Source: a virus
Length of the DNA: 64,000 bases
IMG/VR virus record: IMGVR_UViG_3300002461_000323
Span: 1-64,000 of that record
Direction: 5' to 3' (one strand)
The notes under the pieces are model-generated. The model worked only from the letters and a program-made list of their open reading frames with translations, did not search any database and had not been told where the DNA came from. The position numbers and the translations under genes were made by a program. Below are positions 45,615-55,933 of this stretch, piece by piece; the stretch's first letter is position 1, and every line of letters begins with the position of its first letter.

Positions 45615-47498
45615 ATGCCGACCACCCTGTACTTCGCACAGAACACCGCGTTCCCCAAGGGACCCGGCACGTATCCCACCCTCGCTACCCAGTACGCGAA
45701 CCTCACACAGACGGGCGCGGTGACGACCGAGGGCTGCATGCTCCCGTACACCTGGAGAGCGGTTGCCAACCTCTCGGGTAACAGCCTGAACAACACGACA
45801 GCCCAGCGCTTCAGGTTCGGACGGTTCTTCAGCGCACCGTTCGCGCAGGACTACACGTGGGTGAACCCGGTGAACAGCGCGGGTGCCATCAAGTTCTTCC
45901 TCAGTGACTTCGAAGCCAACCTGAGTGCAAACCATGCAGTGCAGAGTGTGTGCATCTACGTGTGGAGACCGAGCACGGGTACACGCATAGGCTACCTCTC
46001 CCAGATCGCAGACACGCTTGCGGGCGCAAAAGAGCCGACTGCGATCAACGCGATTCAGAACACGTTGGGCGAGTACTTCACCACCGCAGGCAACATAGCG
46101 ATACTTGCAGGCGACATTCTGGTGTTCGAGCCGTTCGGCACGTTTACCCAAGCAGCGGCTACCGCGTACAACATCCGGTTCTACTACGGTGGAGTCACCG
46201 CGATCACGACCGAGAACACCGCTGCGGCAACCCCCGCCAGTAGGGTGGACTTCCCGTATGACCTGCCACTGCTGTACCCACCGAACACGGCTGTCGGCTC
46301 GATGGACACGATCGCGTTCTCGGGCACGCTCCCACCGCTGCTGGTAAGCCGGTTGAACGGTGAGGCCTCGATCATCGACGGCCAAGGTCTGGTGGACGGC
46401 TCGCGCTTGCGTGCACGCCTACAGGCCAAGGCCACGTTCTCACCTGCGAGCCTGAACACACGGGTGCTGCTCAACAGTGGACTGCACTCAATTGCAACGC
46501 TCACGAGCGCACTCCAGCAACGGCATGAACTCCAGACAGCGGCTGTGGGCACGAGTGAGAGCCTCGGGCAGTTTGAGTCCCGGGCAGTCGGTGATCTGCT
46601 CAGCCTGTACTACAGCGGGAGCGGAAGCTCTGGCAATCCCGGACTCTCCCTGGGCGGTGCTCGCGGAGCCGCGTACGGTGACCAGCAGGTGGTGTTCGAC
46701 ACCGCGATCCCCGGGCTGCAGTTCATCCAGTGCTCGAATATCCGGAGTGGGCCGATCAACCTGGTGACTGACCCGATTGCCCAGACGATCTCCTGGGTGA
46801 TCCACCCGCTGCTGATCAAGACCAGCTACTACGGTGGGAACGTGGACACGGTGTTCGTCGGAGACCTATCCAACGGATTCCTGGTGTTCCGGGTGACCGA
46901 CAAGAACGCCGTACCCGCTCTGCAATTGATTGCAAACGCGGTCAACCTGGAGAACACGCTGTTCGCCAACCCGAGCTTGAGCGTGCTCGCATCCGGGGAG
47001 ACCGTGTACCGGGCGCTGTTCCTGATGAACTACAGCGCTCAGGACATCGAACTGCCGGTGCTCAGCCTCGACCACAGTTCGATCGAGACCATCAGCATCG
47101 GCACCGAGTACGTGAGTAACCTGAACCTCACCCAGTACCAGCGCAAGATCGACGTCCATCGTCGGGGTACGGACGTCACCGGCAGGGGCGACAACCTGTT
47201 GATCGCTCCGATCCTGCAGATCAGCCTGAACGTCAGTCCGCTGGGCAATCCAACGATGTACTCGACGATTGGCCGGGCGCAGGAAACCGACGGTATTTCC
47301 ACGCAGTTGCCGACCACGCTCGTCGATCAGTTCGATTCCACGCTGCTTCTCTCGGAGGTACAATTTGGGCCTACGCTCAGTTGGCCGAGGATCAAGGCTG
47401 GCAAGGGAGTGAGCTTCTGGGTCCGCAAGGTCCAGCCTCCAGGGGTGGTGCCACCGGTCACCCAGAAGCTAGGTTTCAAAGTCACCGGCACCTTCTAA
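45615..47498 (+). CDS. multi-domain tail/fibre protein
   Basis: 627 aa; C-terminal half paralogous to 44085 (NTLF...GETVYRALFLMN...SFWVRK). Confidence 0.65.
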   Translation: MPTTLYFAQNTAFPKGPGTYPTLATQYANLTQTGAVTTEGCMLPYTWRAVANLSGNSLNNTTAQRFRFGRFFSAPFAQDYTWVNPVNSAGAIKFFLSDFEANLSANHAVQSVCIYVWRPSTGTRIGYLSQIADTLAGAKEPTAINAIQNTLGEYFTTAGNIAILAGDILVFEPFGTFTQAAATAYNIRFYYGGVTAITTENTAAATPASRVDFPYDLPLLYPPNTAVGSMDTIAFSGTLPPLLVSRLNGEASIIDGQGLVDGSRLRARLQAKATFSPASLNTRVLLNSGLHSIATLTSALQQRHELQTAAVGTSESLGQFESRAVGDLLSLYYSGSGSSGNPGLSLGGARGAAYGDQQVVFDTAIPGLQFIQCSNIRSGPINLVTDPIAQTISWVIHPLLIKTSYYGGNVDTVFVGDLSNGFLVFRVTDKNAVPALQLIANAVNLENTLFANPSLSVLASGETVYRALFLMNYSAQDIELPVLSLDHSSIETISIGTEYVSNLNLTQYQRKIDVHRRGTDVTGRGDNLLIAPILQISLNVSPLGNPTMYSTIGRAQETDGISTQLPTTLVDQFDSTLLLSEVQFGPTLSWPRIKAGKGVSFWVRKVQPPGVVPPVTQKLGFKVTGTF

Positions 47499-47507
47499 GG
47501 AACGATC

Positions 47508-47939
47508 ATGGCAGGCAGATTCAGCGTGTACGGCGCAAACCAAGTACTGAACAAGGTTCTCCGGTCAACCGACTTCTCGGTGCCCGCCAGCTACTGGGTG
47601 GCGCTGTTCCGTGCGGCCAACGACACGAGCTTGCGTGCGAACAACCCGAGTTCGGCGTTGGAGGTCAGCAGCGGCATCGGGTACGTGCGCAAGGAGGTCC
47701 GTGGAGCCACGGCCTTGACGTTCAGCCTGAGCACCGCCGCAGCCTCCCAGTTGTCGGACATCGTCTCCTGGGACCCGGCCACCGGCTCATGGGGAACCGT
47801 GACCTACGCGGCGCTGATGGACAGTGCGACCCTTGGCGCAGGCAACGTGATCTTGTACGGTGCACTCACGGTTCCCAAGGCTGTTGACAACGGCGACACC
47901 TTCCGCATCCCCTCAGGGCTGTTCACGATCGGGCTGTAA
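47508..47939 (+). CDS. fibre-associated small structural protein
   Basis: WVALF..EVS..GYVR..PATGSWGTV...D.AT..GNVILYGAL...K.V.NGD family. Confidence 0.65.
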   Translation: MAGRFSVYGANQVLNKVLRSTDFSVPASYWVALFRAANDTSLRANNPSSALEVSSGIGYVRKEVRGATALTFSLSTAAASQLSDIVSWDPATGSWGTVTYAALMDSATLGAGNVILYGALTVPKAVDNGDTFRIPSGLFTIGL

Positions 47940-50900
47940 ATGGCGCTGTTCTCCGACCTGCCAAGGATTTGGTCCCGTGAGGAGATAAACACCAGCACGC
48001 AGTACATCGTCGAGTGGACTGACGGTGGGCCGTACGTGGTGTTCAGAAACCCACGCCTGGTTCTTGATCTCGACACCGCGACCTTCGGAGCCCGGGTAGA
48101 GTCCAGGGATGTGTTCATCAACGGGGCGATCTCGCAGACGCTCAGAGCCGGTGCCAACAGCTACGGTGAGGACTTCGGTGACGCCGGGGTGGTCAGTAGC
48201 GGGCTGCCCGCTGTGTACTTCGACGCTGGCAGTGGCCGCCTGCCCTCTTACGCAGAGTTCACCGAGTGGTTCGGAGTGTTCTCGGAAGACCGTTCGTTCT
48301 CCCAGAGCTTCACGTACCTGCGGGGTGCCAACCAAGTGCTGTACACCCGGGCGAACACCACGGTAGGCGGCTACCCGGGCAACACGTTGGAGAGCACGGG
48401 CATCCTGCACGGAAGCGCGATCTTCCAGACCGACCCGCAGTGCATCGCGTTCTCGCCGACCAACGTCTGGGTGTTCACGCACAAGGACACGGTGAGCCCG
48501 GCTGTGAACTCCGAGGTCTACCTGGATGTCTGGAACGGTACGACCGTGACCTCGACTCAGCGGCTTGATCTGGACGGCCCTATCCTGCACTACCAGATCA
48601 TCCGTGGGACCACCGGGCAGGTGTACCTGATGTACGTGAAGTACGGGACCGGCCCCGGATTCGGTACGGGGTACATCCGGGCGATCAACGAGAGTACCCG
48701 GGCGCTGTCCGCCATCCTCTGGTCCGGGCCAGTGGGTACCAGCGGCTTCCCTGACCTCGCGGGCTACCAAGACAACATTTGCTGCAACAAGGTCTACACG
48801 TTCGGGACCACGAACTACCTGGTGAACCTCTGGAACAGTGTGATGACTGTTCACACGTACCAGACGAGCACGCCTAACACGCTGACCCTTCTGTGTACGG
48901 GAGAGTTCGCTAACACCACGGCGTACATGGGCAAGAGCGCGGGTGTCGAATACGACCCGGTGTCTGGTGACGCCCACCTCGTGCACTGGCAGATCAAGGA
49001 CTACTTCGCTACGGGCGGGGAGTTCTCCAACCAGTTGACGCTTGTACGGCAGTCGCACAATATCAAGCTCAGCACGTTCACGCTCGTCACCGCCAACGCA
49101 CAGGAGATTCAGGGCTTCGTCGGCATTCCATCGAACCCGAACTTCCAGATTCTGGACGAGGGCCAAATCCAGTGCTACATCCCGAGCAACGTCGGTGCGG
49201 ATCGCGATGCGTTCTTGCACTTCTACTGCACTGAGCGCTCTGGGGGGCAGGCGGTACTGCTCGGCTTCTACGTGCGGCTCAAGAACTGGAACAATCCCGG
49301 GCCAATCGATGGCGCGGTGGACGCCACGATCACTGCTGTCGGGGCGACTGTTCTCGGGGCCGTCGATTACGGGGTGGGCGTGGAGATCATGCCCGAAGTC
49401 GGGGTGACTGCTGCGGGTGTGCGCCCACGAGAGTTCCAGATGAACACCCGCTGGGCACTCCAGGCGAACGCGAACGTCGATGGTGAGGTGCTGATCGACA
49501 TCCCGGTGGAGGTGGAGGTCAGCGGAGCCACCGGCGATCTCGAAGACTCCGCGCTTGAGATCAACCCGGATTTAGAGGTCAGCATCGGGAGCGAGATCGT
49601 CCGCTTGCGGGATGGCGAGGTCGTGATCGCACTCGATCTGCTGGTGGACATCCAGGCCGAGTCCAGCCCTCCGATGGTCGAGGTGTTCCTGAACACCACC
49701 TGGCTGTACACGGGCATGGGGTTCATGGCCGAGTTCCAGAACTACATGAACGAAGAGCGGGCGACCGTCTTCGGTCTGCCCCCGTACAAGATCATGGGCA
49801 CGGACGCGATCTCCCGCAAGTTCCTGGAACTGGAAGACATCGCCAGCCGCCACAGCCGTCAGATGGCGTTCTACCGGGTGTTCGCTCACGCCAACTCCGT
49901 GTTCGAACCCGGCTGGCAGACGATCGAGCAGCGGGTGGGCTACCTGACGAACGCCGGTGCCGAGAACATCTTGTTCTTCGCGAACACCGAGTACGGCTCT
50001 GGGCTGACCCCGCTGCCCACCGCGTACGAGACCTACCTGTCGTGGAAGAACAGCCCGCCCCACTACCAGAACATGACGTACAACTGGGGTGACGACAACG
50101 ACAAGGTGTATTCGGTGTTCGGCTACGAGTTCGGCCTGAGTATGTCGAACGTGGACTTCTCCGGATTCTCCGGGCCGCCCGTGGACGACACCTGGGAATT
50201 CTTCTACGCGACAAACAACTTTCTGGTTTTGAAGGAGACCCTTATGGAAACCTCTGTAGCTCAATACTGGGCGTTCCGAGGGCTGGACGGGCTTTTCCTG
50301 CCCCAGTTCTGGAACACCAACTACTACACGCCGATCAAAGTCGAGGCCGATTACCCGTACGCACTCGCGATCTCCACTGAGTTGGATGTGCCGTTGAACT
50401 CCGTGATCTCGGTCGAGCACGAGCACCCATGGACATCCCAGGTGCTGTCGGAGATCGTCCACAACTGGGCGCTTGCGAGCGTGAAGGTGCAGGCTGAGGC
50501 CTCGTACCTGTACGACCTGCAGCGGCTGCCGGTCTCCAGGGAGATCGAACACGCGTACTCGGTGAAGGTCTCCCTGGAGATCGAGTTCCCGTACGCCGAC
50601 TCGTTGAAGGCCCGGTCAGAGATCGAGATCATTCTCAGCAGCCTGCAATCAGTTGCACGAGAGCAGAGCATGAGCCTGCCGCTCGGCCCACGTGTGCGTG
50701 TGGAACGTGACAGCCCTTACGAACTGGAGCTTCGTCCCCAGGTGGCGGCTGAGCAGACGATCCTGTACGCGCTGGAGAGCGTGAGCATCGGCAGTGCCCA
50801 GCTTGAAGTGCAATTGATTGCACGGGGCATCAGCACCCGGATTCAGGATGGCCTGATCAGCGCGGACGCCAGCGGCTCGGGCTTCAAGTTCGACTGCCGG

Positions 50901-51854
50901 TTGAATTCGCTGGAGAACCTGCAAGGGCTGATCGGCGAGACGATCGTCATCGACTTCTGCGGTACCGCGTACACGATGATCGTCACCGGACTCTCAGCGT
51001 CCGCCGCCGAGGGCTCGGTCGCCCCCTCGTACACGCTGAGTGCGTTCTCGCCCGTGGTCCTCCTAGACAGCCCGTACGCCGCGCAGATCAGTTACGCCCC
51101 TACGGGTCCAACTCTTTTCTCCGACGCCGTACGCGACATCCTGGGCCTGCCTGTGACCTGGGAGATCGTGGACTGGTTGGTGGACCCTCAGCGCATTCAG
51201 GTCTCGAACAGCACGCCCCTGGCAGCCGCTCGTTCGCTCTTGGAATCCGTGGGTGCGATCCTGATCAGCCTGCCCTCGGGCGTGGTCAAGGCCGTGTACC
51301 GGTACGCCAGCGCCTTGGACAACCTGGGGGCTGCAACCCCGGTCGCCAGCCTGGTGGACGACAACCAAGTGTTCTCGATCAACACCCGCTACGAGTTCAA
51401 CCTCGGGCTCAACCGCTTCCGGATCAAGGACAGCGACAGCGCGTTCGGAGACCAGATCGAGTTCAAGCCGGATGACGACAACGCGTTCTCAGGGATCGCC
51501 AGCGTGTACATCAGCCCCGCCCGCTCAAGCTGGAGGCTCCGGAGCACGGCCGACACCGGTGTGGTCGTCGAAGACCTGGGCGAGATCGTGGACAGCCTGA
51601 CCGAGACCGTGGAGTTCCGTGCTGGTCAGGCACAGACCACCCGGCCTATAATCGGGATCACCAGCCTGTCGTGGCTGAGCACGCCGTTGGGTGGTGTTTC
51701 TGCTGATCCGGGGTCTCGAAACCTCACAAGCCTGACGACCGTCAACAGCGGTTACGGGTTGATCACCGTCACCTACACCTACCGACGCCACGACTTCCGG
51801 GTGTCCGCTGCGACAACGATTACGGCCACTCAACTTGTGGTCGAGGAGAATTAA
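47940..51854 (+). CDS. large tail-tip/hub protein with internal CAP(SCP)-like domain
   Basis: 1304 aa; MNEERA..GLPP, IASRHSRQMA..FAH, AENI, SWKNSPPHYQNM. Confidence 0.7.
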   Translation: MALFSDLPRIWSREEINTSTQYIVEWTDGGPYVVFRNPRLVLDLDTATFGARVESRDVFINGAISQTLRAGANSYGEDFGDAGVVSSGLPAVYFDAGSGRLPSYAEFTEWFGVFSEDRSFSQSFTYLRGANQVLYTRANTTVGGYPGNTLESTGILHGSAIFQTDPQCIAFSPTNVWVFTHKDTVSPAVNSEVYLDVWNGTTVTSTQRLDLDGPILHYQIIRGTTGQVYLMYVKYGTGPGFGTGYIRAINESTRALSAILWSGPVGTSGFPDLAGYQDNICCNKVYTFGTTNYLVNLWNSVMTVHTYQTSTPNTLTLLCTGEFANTTAYMGKSAGVEYDPVSGDAHLVHWQIKDYFATGGEFSNQLTLVRQSHNIKLSTFTLVTANAQEIQGFVGIPSNPNFQILDEGQIQCYIPSNVGADRDAFLHFYCTERSGGQAVLLGFYVRLKNWNNPGPIDGAVDATITAVGATVLGAVDYGVGVEIMPEVGVTAAGVRPREFQMNTRWALQANANVDGEVLIDIPVEVEVSGATGDLEDSALEINPDLEVSIGSEIVRLRDGEVVIALDLLVDIQAESSPPMVEVFLNTTWLYTGMGFMAEFQNYMNEERATVFGLPPYKIMGTDAISRKFLELEDIASRHSRQMAFYRVFAHANSVFEPGWQTIEQRVGYLTNAGAENILFFANTEYGSGLTPLPTAYETYLSWKNSPPHYQNMTYNWGDDNDKVYSVFGYEFGLSMSNVDFSGFSGPPVDDTWEFFYATNNFLVLKETLMETSVAQYWAFRGLDGLFLPQFWNTNYYTPIKVEADYPYALAISTELDVPLNSVISVEHEHPWTSQVLSEIVHNWALASVKVQAEASYLYDLQRLPVSREIEHAYSVKVSLEIEFPYADSLKARSEIEIILSSLQSVAREQSMSLPLGPRVRVERDSPYELELRPQVAAEQTILYALESVSIGSAQLEVQLIARGISTRIQDGLISADASGSGFKFDCRLNSLENLQGLIGETIVIDFCGTAYTMIVTGLSASAAEGSVAPSYTLSAFSPVVLLDSPYAAQISYAPTGPTLFSDAVRDILGLPVTWEIVDWLVDPQRIQVSNSTPLAAARSLLESVGAILISLPSGVVKAVYRYASALDNLGAATPVASLVDDNQVFSINTRYEFNLGLNRFRIKDSDSAFGDQIEFKPDDDNAFSGIASVYISPARSSWRLRSTADTGVVVEDLGEIVDSLTETVEFRAGQAQTTRPIIGITSLSWLSTPLGGVSADPGSRNLTSLTTVNSGYGLITVTYTYRRHDFRVSAATTITATQLVVEEN

Positions 51855-52349
51855 ATGCCGACCGTGACCACTAGCTTGAGCGTGAACTTCCAGAGCCCCG
51901 AGGCCGGGAGTGATGGTGGCGCGTTCTCCGCCGAGATCGACAGCCGCCCTGCGCCCGTGGGGTTGAACAAGGGCCGCACCTCGTTCATCCCAGGCGACAC
52001 CGTGTACCTGCTGCTGTACCCAGGCTCCCAGGTGTCGAACATCCAGGCCTTCCGGAGTGCGGGCTCGCTCGTACGCGGGAGCACGATCGTGGTCGATGTC
52101 GAGGAGCAGGTGTCGTTGGCGAACGCCCGTGAGTTCAGCCTCCGCTACCCGGTGGCGAATACTCCGGTGTTCACCTGGTATGGGGCCAACCCAGGAGCGC
52201 TCACCCGCTCAGGCGACCAGAAGTTCTCGGCTGCGAGCGAGGCGGTTGCGATCGGCAAGGTCAACTACCAGGCGATTGCGATCGTCTACATCCTGTCCGG
52301 GATCACCCACCCCTCGGCGCTCGTGGTGTTCACCGGAGAGACCCCGTGA
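51855..52349 (+). CDS. tail-tip protein
   Basis: GAGGAG RBS; 164 aa beta-rich. Confidence 0.6.
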   Translation: MPTVTTSLSVNFQSPEAGSDGGAFSAEIDSRPAPVGLNKGRTSFIPGDTVYLLLYPGSQVSNIQAFRSAGSLVRGSTIVVDVEEQVSLANAREFSLRYPVANTPVFTWYGANPGALTRSGDQKFSAASEAVAIGKVNYQAIAIVYILSGITHPSALVVFTGETP

Positions 52350-52645
52350 TCGACATCCTGACCATCCGTGGACCAGGGGATGCCGATGGTGGCGAGGTCT
52401 TCGACCCGCTGCTGAGTTCGGTCGAGGCGGCGGTTCAGCGTGGCCGGTACGAGATCGACCAGAGCGCTCCGATCCAGAACGTGAACCTCGACTGCGTGTA
52501 CACCCCGACTCTGCAGGTTGGCAGCGTGATCGAAGCGTTGGACATCACCACCGGGCTGGCTGTGCGCGGGATCATCAAGTCGTTCACCCATGTGGTAGAC
52601 GGGGTTGTCGTGTTCACAAGCATTTCATTGGAGGTCCCAGTATGA
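52346..52645 (+). CDS. tail-tip protein
   Basis: GTGA coupling; DPLLSSVEAAVQRGRYEID. Confidence 0.55.
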   Translation: MIDILTIRGPGDADGGEVFDPLLSSVEAAVQRGRYEIDQSAPIQNVNLDCVYTPTLQVGSVIEALDITTGLAVRGIIKSFTHVVDGVVVFTSISLEVPV

Positions 52646-53025
52646 GCGCGATTTCGAAGTACCTGCGTCGGCAGATCGATGGGTTTGGCCGGGAGTACGT
52701 GAGCTACTACTGCCAGGGGTGCAAGGAGGCACACTCGGTGACCGTCTTCCAGCCCGAGGGTGTCAAGGGTCCGGTGTGGGCCTGGAACCGGGATGTGCTG
52801 CGCCCGACGTTCAGCCCGAGCGTGCTCGTGCGCCGTGGCGGTGCGATCGACCCGACGTTCGTCAAGGAAGAGGGTGACCCTCCGAACGTCTGCCACACGT
52901 TCATCACCGACGGCCAGGTGCAGTTCCTGGGCGACTGCGACCACGAGTTCGCGGGCACGACCCAACCGCTGCTGCCCTTCCGGCTATTCGGCGACCAGGT
53001 GTCTGATGGGGATGAGCCCGTATGA
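52642..53025 (+). CDS. DUF6527-like metal-binding protein
   Basis: CQGCKEAH...W.WN...PTFSPSVL...CHTFITDGQVQFLGDCDH; GGAGG RBS. Confidence 0.7.
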   Translation: MSAISKYLRRQIDGFGREYVSYYCQGCKEAHSVTVFQPEGVKGPVWAWNRDVLRPTFSPSVLVRRGGAIDPTFVKEEGDPPNVCHTFITDGQVQFLGDCDHEFAGTTQPLLPFRLFGDQVSDGDEPV

Positions 53026-53255
53026 GCGCGATCTCAGACCTGCGCAAGCTCGTCCAGCCCAAGGGCCAGGCGTACGAGATCGGTGAGGTCGTGGTCGTCG
53101 AGGCCACGCGGGTGATCGTGCGCGTGGGAAGCCGTGCAATCAATTGCAGCACGCTCGTACCCGTGATTGCCGGTGACAGCGTGCGCGTACAAGGCCTGCT
53201 GATCGTCAGCAAACAGCAGAACATCGCGAACTCCGTGCCGGTCTTCCGGGTCTGA
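53022..53255 (+). CDS. small tail-tip protein
   Basis: ATGA coupling; beta-rich, 77 aa. Confidence 0.55.
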   Translation: MSAISDLRKLVQPKGQAYEIGEVVVVEATRVIVRVGSRAINCSTLVPVIAGDSVRVQGLLIVSKQQNIANSVPVFRV

Positions 53256-53257
53256 GC

Positions 53258-55933
53258 ATGCCCATCCACTTCATCGACCCGGCAACCGGCAACGACGCGA
53301 ACAACGGCCTTGGCTGGGCCACCCCGTGGAAGACCACGAATCCGCTGACCGCTCTCTACCCCGGGTCGGCGGTATCCGACCTCGAACTCCGGTTCGCGAA
53401 GACTCCCAAGCTGTACGACAGTTCGTTCTTCCTGCAGTCGCTGGCAGCCACCAACTACTTCGGCGGGTACGGCGCGGGCTTGAACCCCACAGCCGTAAAC
53501 CATTTGAGCGGCAACACGATCCTCGACAACAACACGGCGATCACAACCGCCTTGAACTTCGTGATGGTTGCCCCGTTTACGTCTACGAACGGCAGCGGTT
53601 CCGGCTCGTACATGAAGCAGTTCACAGTCCCGATCGGAGCCACTGGCAGGGCCGCGTACTTCACGACCGGCACGACCCGCAACCTGGCTACCCTTGGCCT
53701 TGAAGCCATTGAAATGTGGTGCTCGCTGGCGACCTCCGGCAACACCGACACCACGAACCTGACAGCCGCGCTCCACCTGTGCTCGGACACCGTGGGCGTG
53801 ACCACGATCGTCAGCTACCCGTTGACCATCGGAGTCTCCCAGTTCCGGAACGTGCTGAATGTCCTGGGCACCGGCGCATTGCCGGACGGAGTGAACTCGG
53901 TGGCGCTGTACGTGACGAACAACACGGGTGTCGCCCACACGCTGTACATCAGCCAGATCATGGCGGTCCCGCCTGTGGCCTCGGCCACGTACACGGGCTT
54001 CCGGGCCTTCGCCATCCCCAACCACACACCCGGCCAGTGCCTGCAAATCTCTTCGATCTCGGGTGCGAGCGTGTTCTGCGCGGGAATCGAGACCGGCAAC
54101 TGGCGATTCATCCTCGGAGCCGCGAATGCCACCTGGGCTGTCTACGCGGCGACCCCGGTAACACCCACGGGCATCAAGTTCCCGAACGCTCAGTTCGTAG
54201 GCACCGAGGCCTCTCCGATCATCATCCGGGGCGGCTTCAACAAGACCACGGGCGAGGTCGATGGGCTGACCGCGATCGATGCCGACCAGATCAAGCTGTT
54301 CGGACCGTCCGTGCTCCGGGTAGCGGTCGTCATTCAGGACATCGCGGTCGCGTTCGCCAGGGACGACAAGATCAACACCGGTAACCGTAGCTGCATCATG
54401 GGTGGTGGGTTCAACAACCTGCTGCCGCTGTATTACAACGTCTCGGGCTCTAGCATCGCCAGGTGCTACAGCAGTCCGAACGGGCCGCCCTCACTGGGGG
54501 CCGGGGGCTTCAACGGCGCGTACAACCGACATGCCGGGTTCCTGGAGGTCAGGCAGTCCACGTTCTCAAACGAGTACATTCGAAACGTCTCGGTAATCGG
54601 TGGCAACTACTGGGGTCCGCCCATCCGTGGTGGTGGTTTCGTGAACGGCCCGACACCCGCTGAGACGCCGATAACCCCGATCTTCGCAAACGCCACCTTC
54701 TGCTCTGGGTTTGACTTCAGTGCGGTCACGGACGCGCAGAACCTGGTGATCTACGAGGGCAAGACCGGCCCGAACGTGGTCGGCCTGGAGTTCAAGAACT
54801 GCGGGTTCTACGCGTCTGGCACGACCACGACCGGCGTGGCACTCACCAGCCCGACGTTCACTGACTGCAGCTTCCACGGCGCGTACACCGTGCCCTCGAA
54901 CGGGCTGTTCGTCCGCCCACGGTTCGAGCCCTACCTGTACCTGCAAGGGATCATGATCCAGGGCACGAGTTCGACCGCCCTGCTTGAACTCGTGGACATC
55001 CAGACCCCGATCAGCACGTACAACAGCCCTCAGAACTTCATTGAAGGCGGCTTCTACAGGATCACCATCCGGGACACCGTGTGCAGTCTCCGGTACCCGC
55101 GTCTGATCAACATCCAGCCGCTGTACACGTCGAACATCGACTGCGCGGTCAACCTCAAGAACACGACGATCACGACCCTGCACAACGCACCGGCCGCATT
55201 CGCGTCGTTCGCCGGAAGTTTCCAGGACACCCGGTACCGGCTCGTCTTGGATAACGTGGTGGTCGGCGGCCCTTGGACGACCCTGGTGTCAGGTAACCTG
55301 CCGACGATCCTGACCAACAACGTGGTGCTCGACAACCCGGTTACCAAGGTCGCAGACGCGTTCCAGTTCAAGGGCCAGATATTCGGCTCGGGTGAGGTCA
55401 GCGCGTACTTCGGCGGGGTCACCACCGGCAACCTCACACCGCTTGGCACGCCGGTTACCGGTGCGATCAGGAGCAGCGCTGGCACGTTCAAGCGCAGCAA
55501 CGGCAACCTCGTGATGTTCACCACCGCCTACCAGGTGGAGAAGGACTTCGGGTTGAAGATCGACGGCCAGTTCAGTTGGCGGATGACCCTCAGCCAGAAC
55601 GTGGGCTCCGGTATCATCGGGAGCATGCGGGTGGGTATGTTGACTCTCCGTGCGGGCGCACAGGTGATGATCAGGGCGAAGATTCAGCGGGCGTCCGCTG
55701 GTGCGCAGGGACAGCTAAGGCTCCGGCCGCTGGGCACCAAGGACTACCCGACGTCCGGGCTGCAGACGCTCGATCACGACGTCGTGACTCCGTTGCTGAC
55801 GCTCCTGAACACCTGGGAGACGCGGGAAATCCTGTACACGCCTGCCCGCACGGCGGTTGTCGAGGTCTTCATGTGCGTGTTCGGCATATCCGGCACGCAG
55901 GTCTGGTTTGATCAAGTAGAGGTGCTGCAGTAA
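53258..55933 (+). CDS. tail fibre/receptor-binding protein 1
   Basis: 891 aa; N-terminal FIDPATGNDANNGLGWATPWKT typical of beta-helix proteins. Confidence 0.7.
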   Translation: MPIHFIDPATGNDANNGLGWATPWKTTNPLTALYPGSAVSDLELRFAKTPKLYDSSFFLQSLAATNYFGGYGAGLNPTAVNHLSGNTILDNNTAITTALNFVMVAPFTSTNGSGSGSYMKQFTVPIGATGRAAYFTTGTTRNLATLGLEAIEMWCSLATSGNTDTTNLTAALHLCSDTVGVTTIVSYPLTIGVSQFRNVLNVLGTGALPDGVNSVALYVTNNTGVAHTLYISQIMAVPPVASATYTGFRAFAIPNHTPGQCLQISSISGASVFCAGIETGNWRFILGAANATWAVYAATPVTPTGIKFPNAQFVGTEASPIIIRGGFNKTTGEVDGLTAIDADQIKLFGPSVLRVAVVIQDIAVAFARDDKINTGNRSCIMGGGFNNLLPLYYNVSGSSIARCYSSPNGPPSLGAGGFNGAYNRHAGFLEVRQSTFSNEYIRNVSVIGGNYWGPPIRGGGFVNGPTPAETPITPIFANATFCSGFDFSAVTDAQNLVIYEGKTGPNVVGLEFKNCGFYASGTTTTGVALTSPTFTDCSFHGAYTVPSNGLFVRPRFEPYLYLQGIMIQGTSSTALLELVDIQTPISTYNSPQNFIEGGFYRITIRDTVCSLRYPRLINIQPLYTSNIDCAVNLKNTTITTLHNAPAAFASFAGSFQDTRYRLVLDNVVVGGPWTTLVSGNLPTILTNNVVLDNPVTKVADAFQFKGQIFGSGEVSAYFGGVTTGNLTPLGTPVTGAIRSSAGTFKRSNGNLVMFTTAYQVEKDFGLKIDGQFSWRMTLSQNVGSGIIGSMRVGMLTLRAGAQVMIRAKIQRASAGAQGQLRLRPLGTKDYPTSGLQTLDHDVVTPLLTLLNTWETREILYTPARTAVVEVFMCVFGISGTQVWFDQVEVLQ

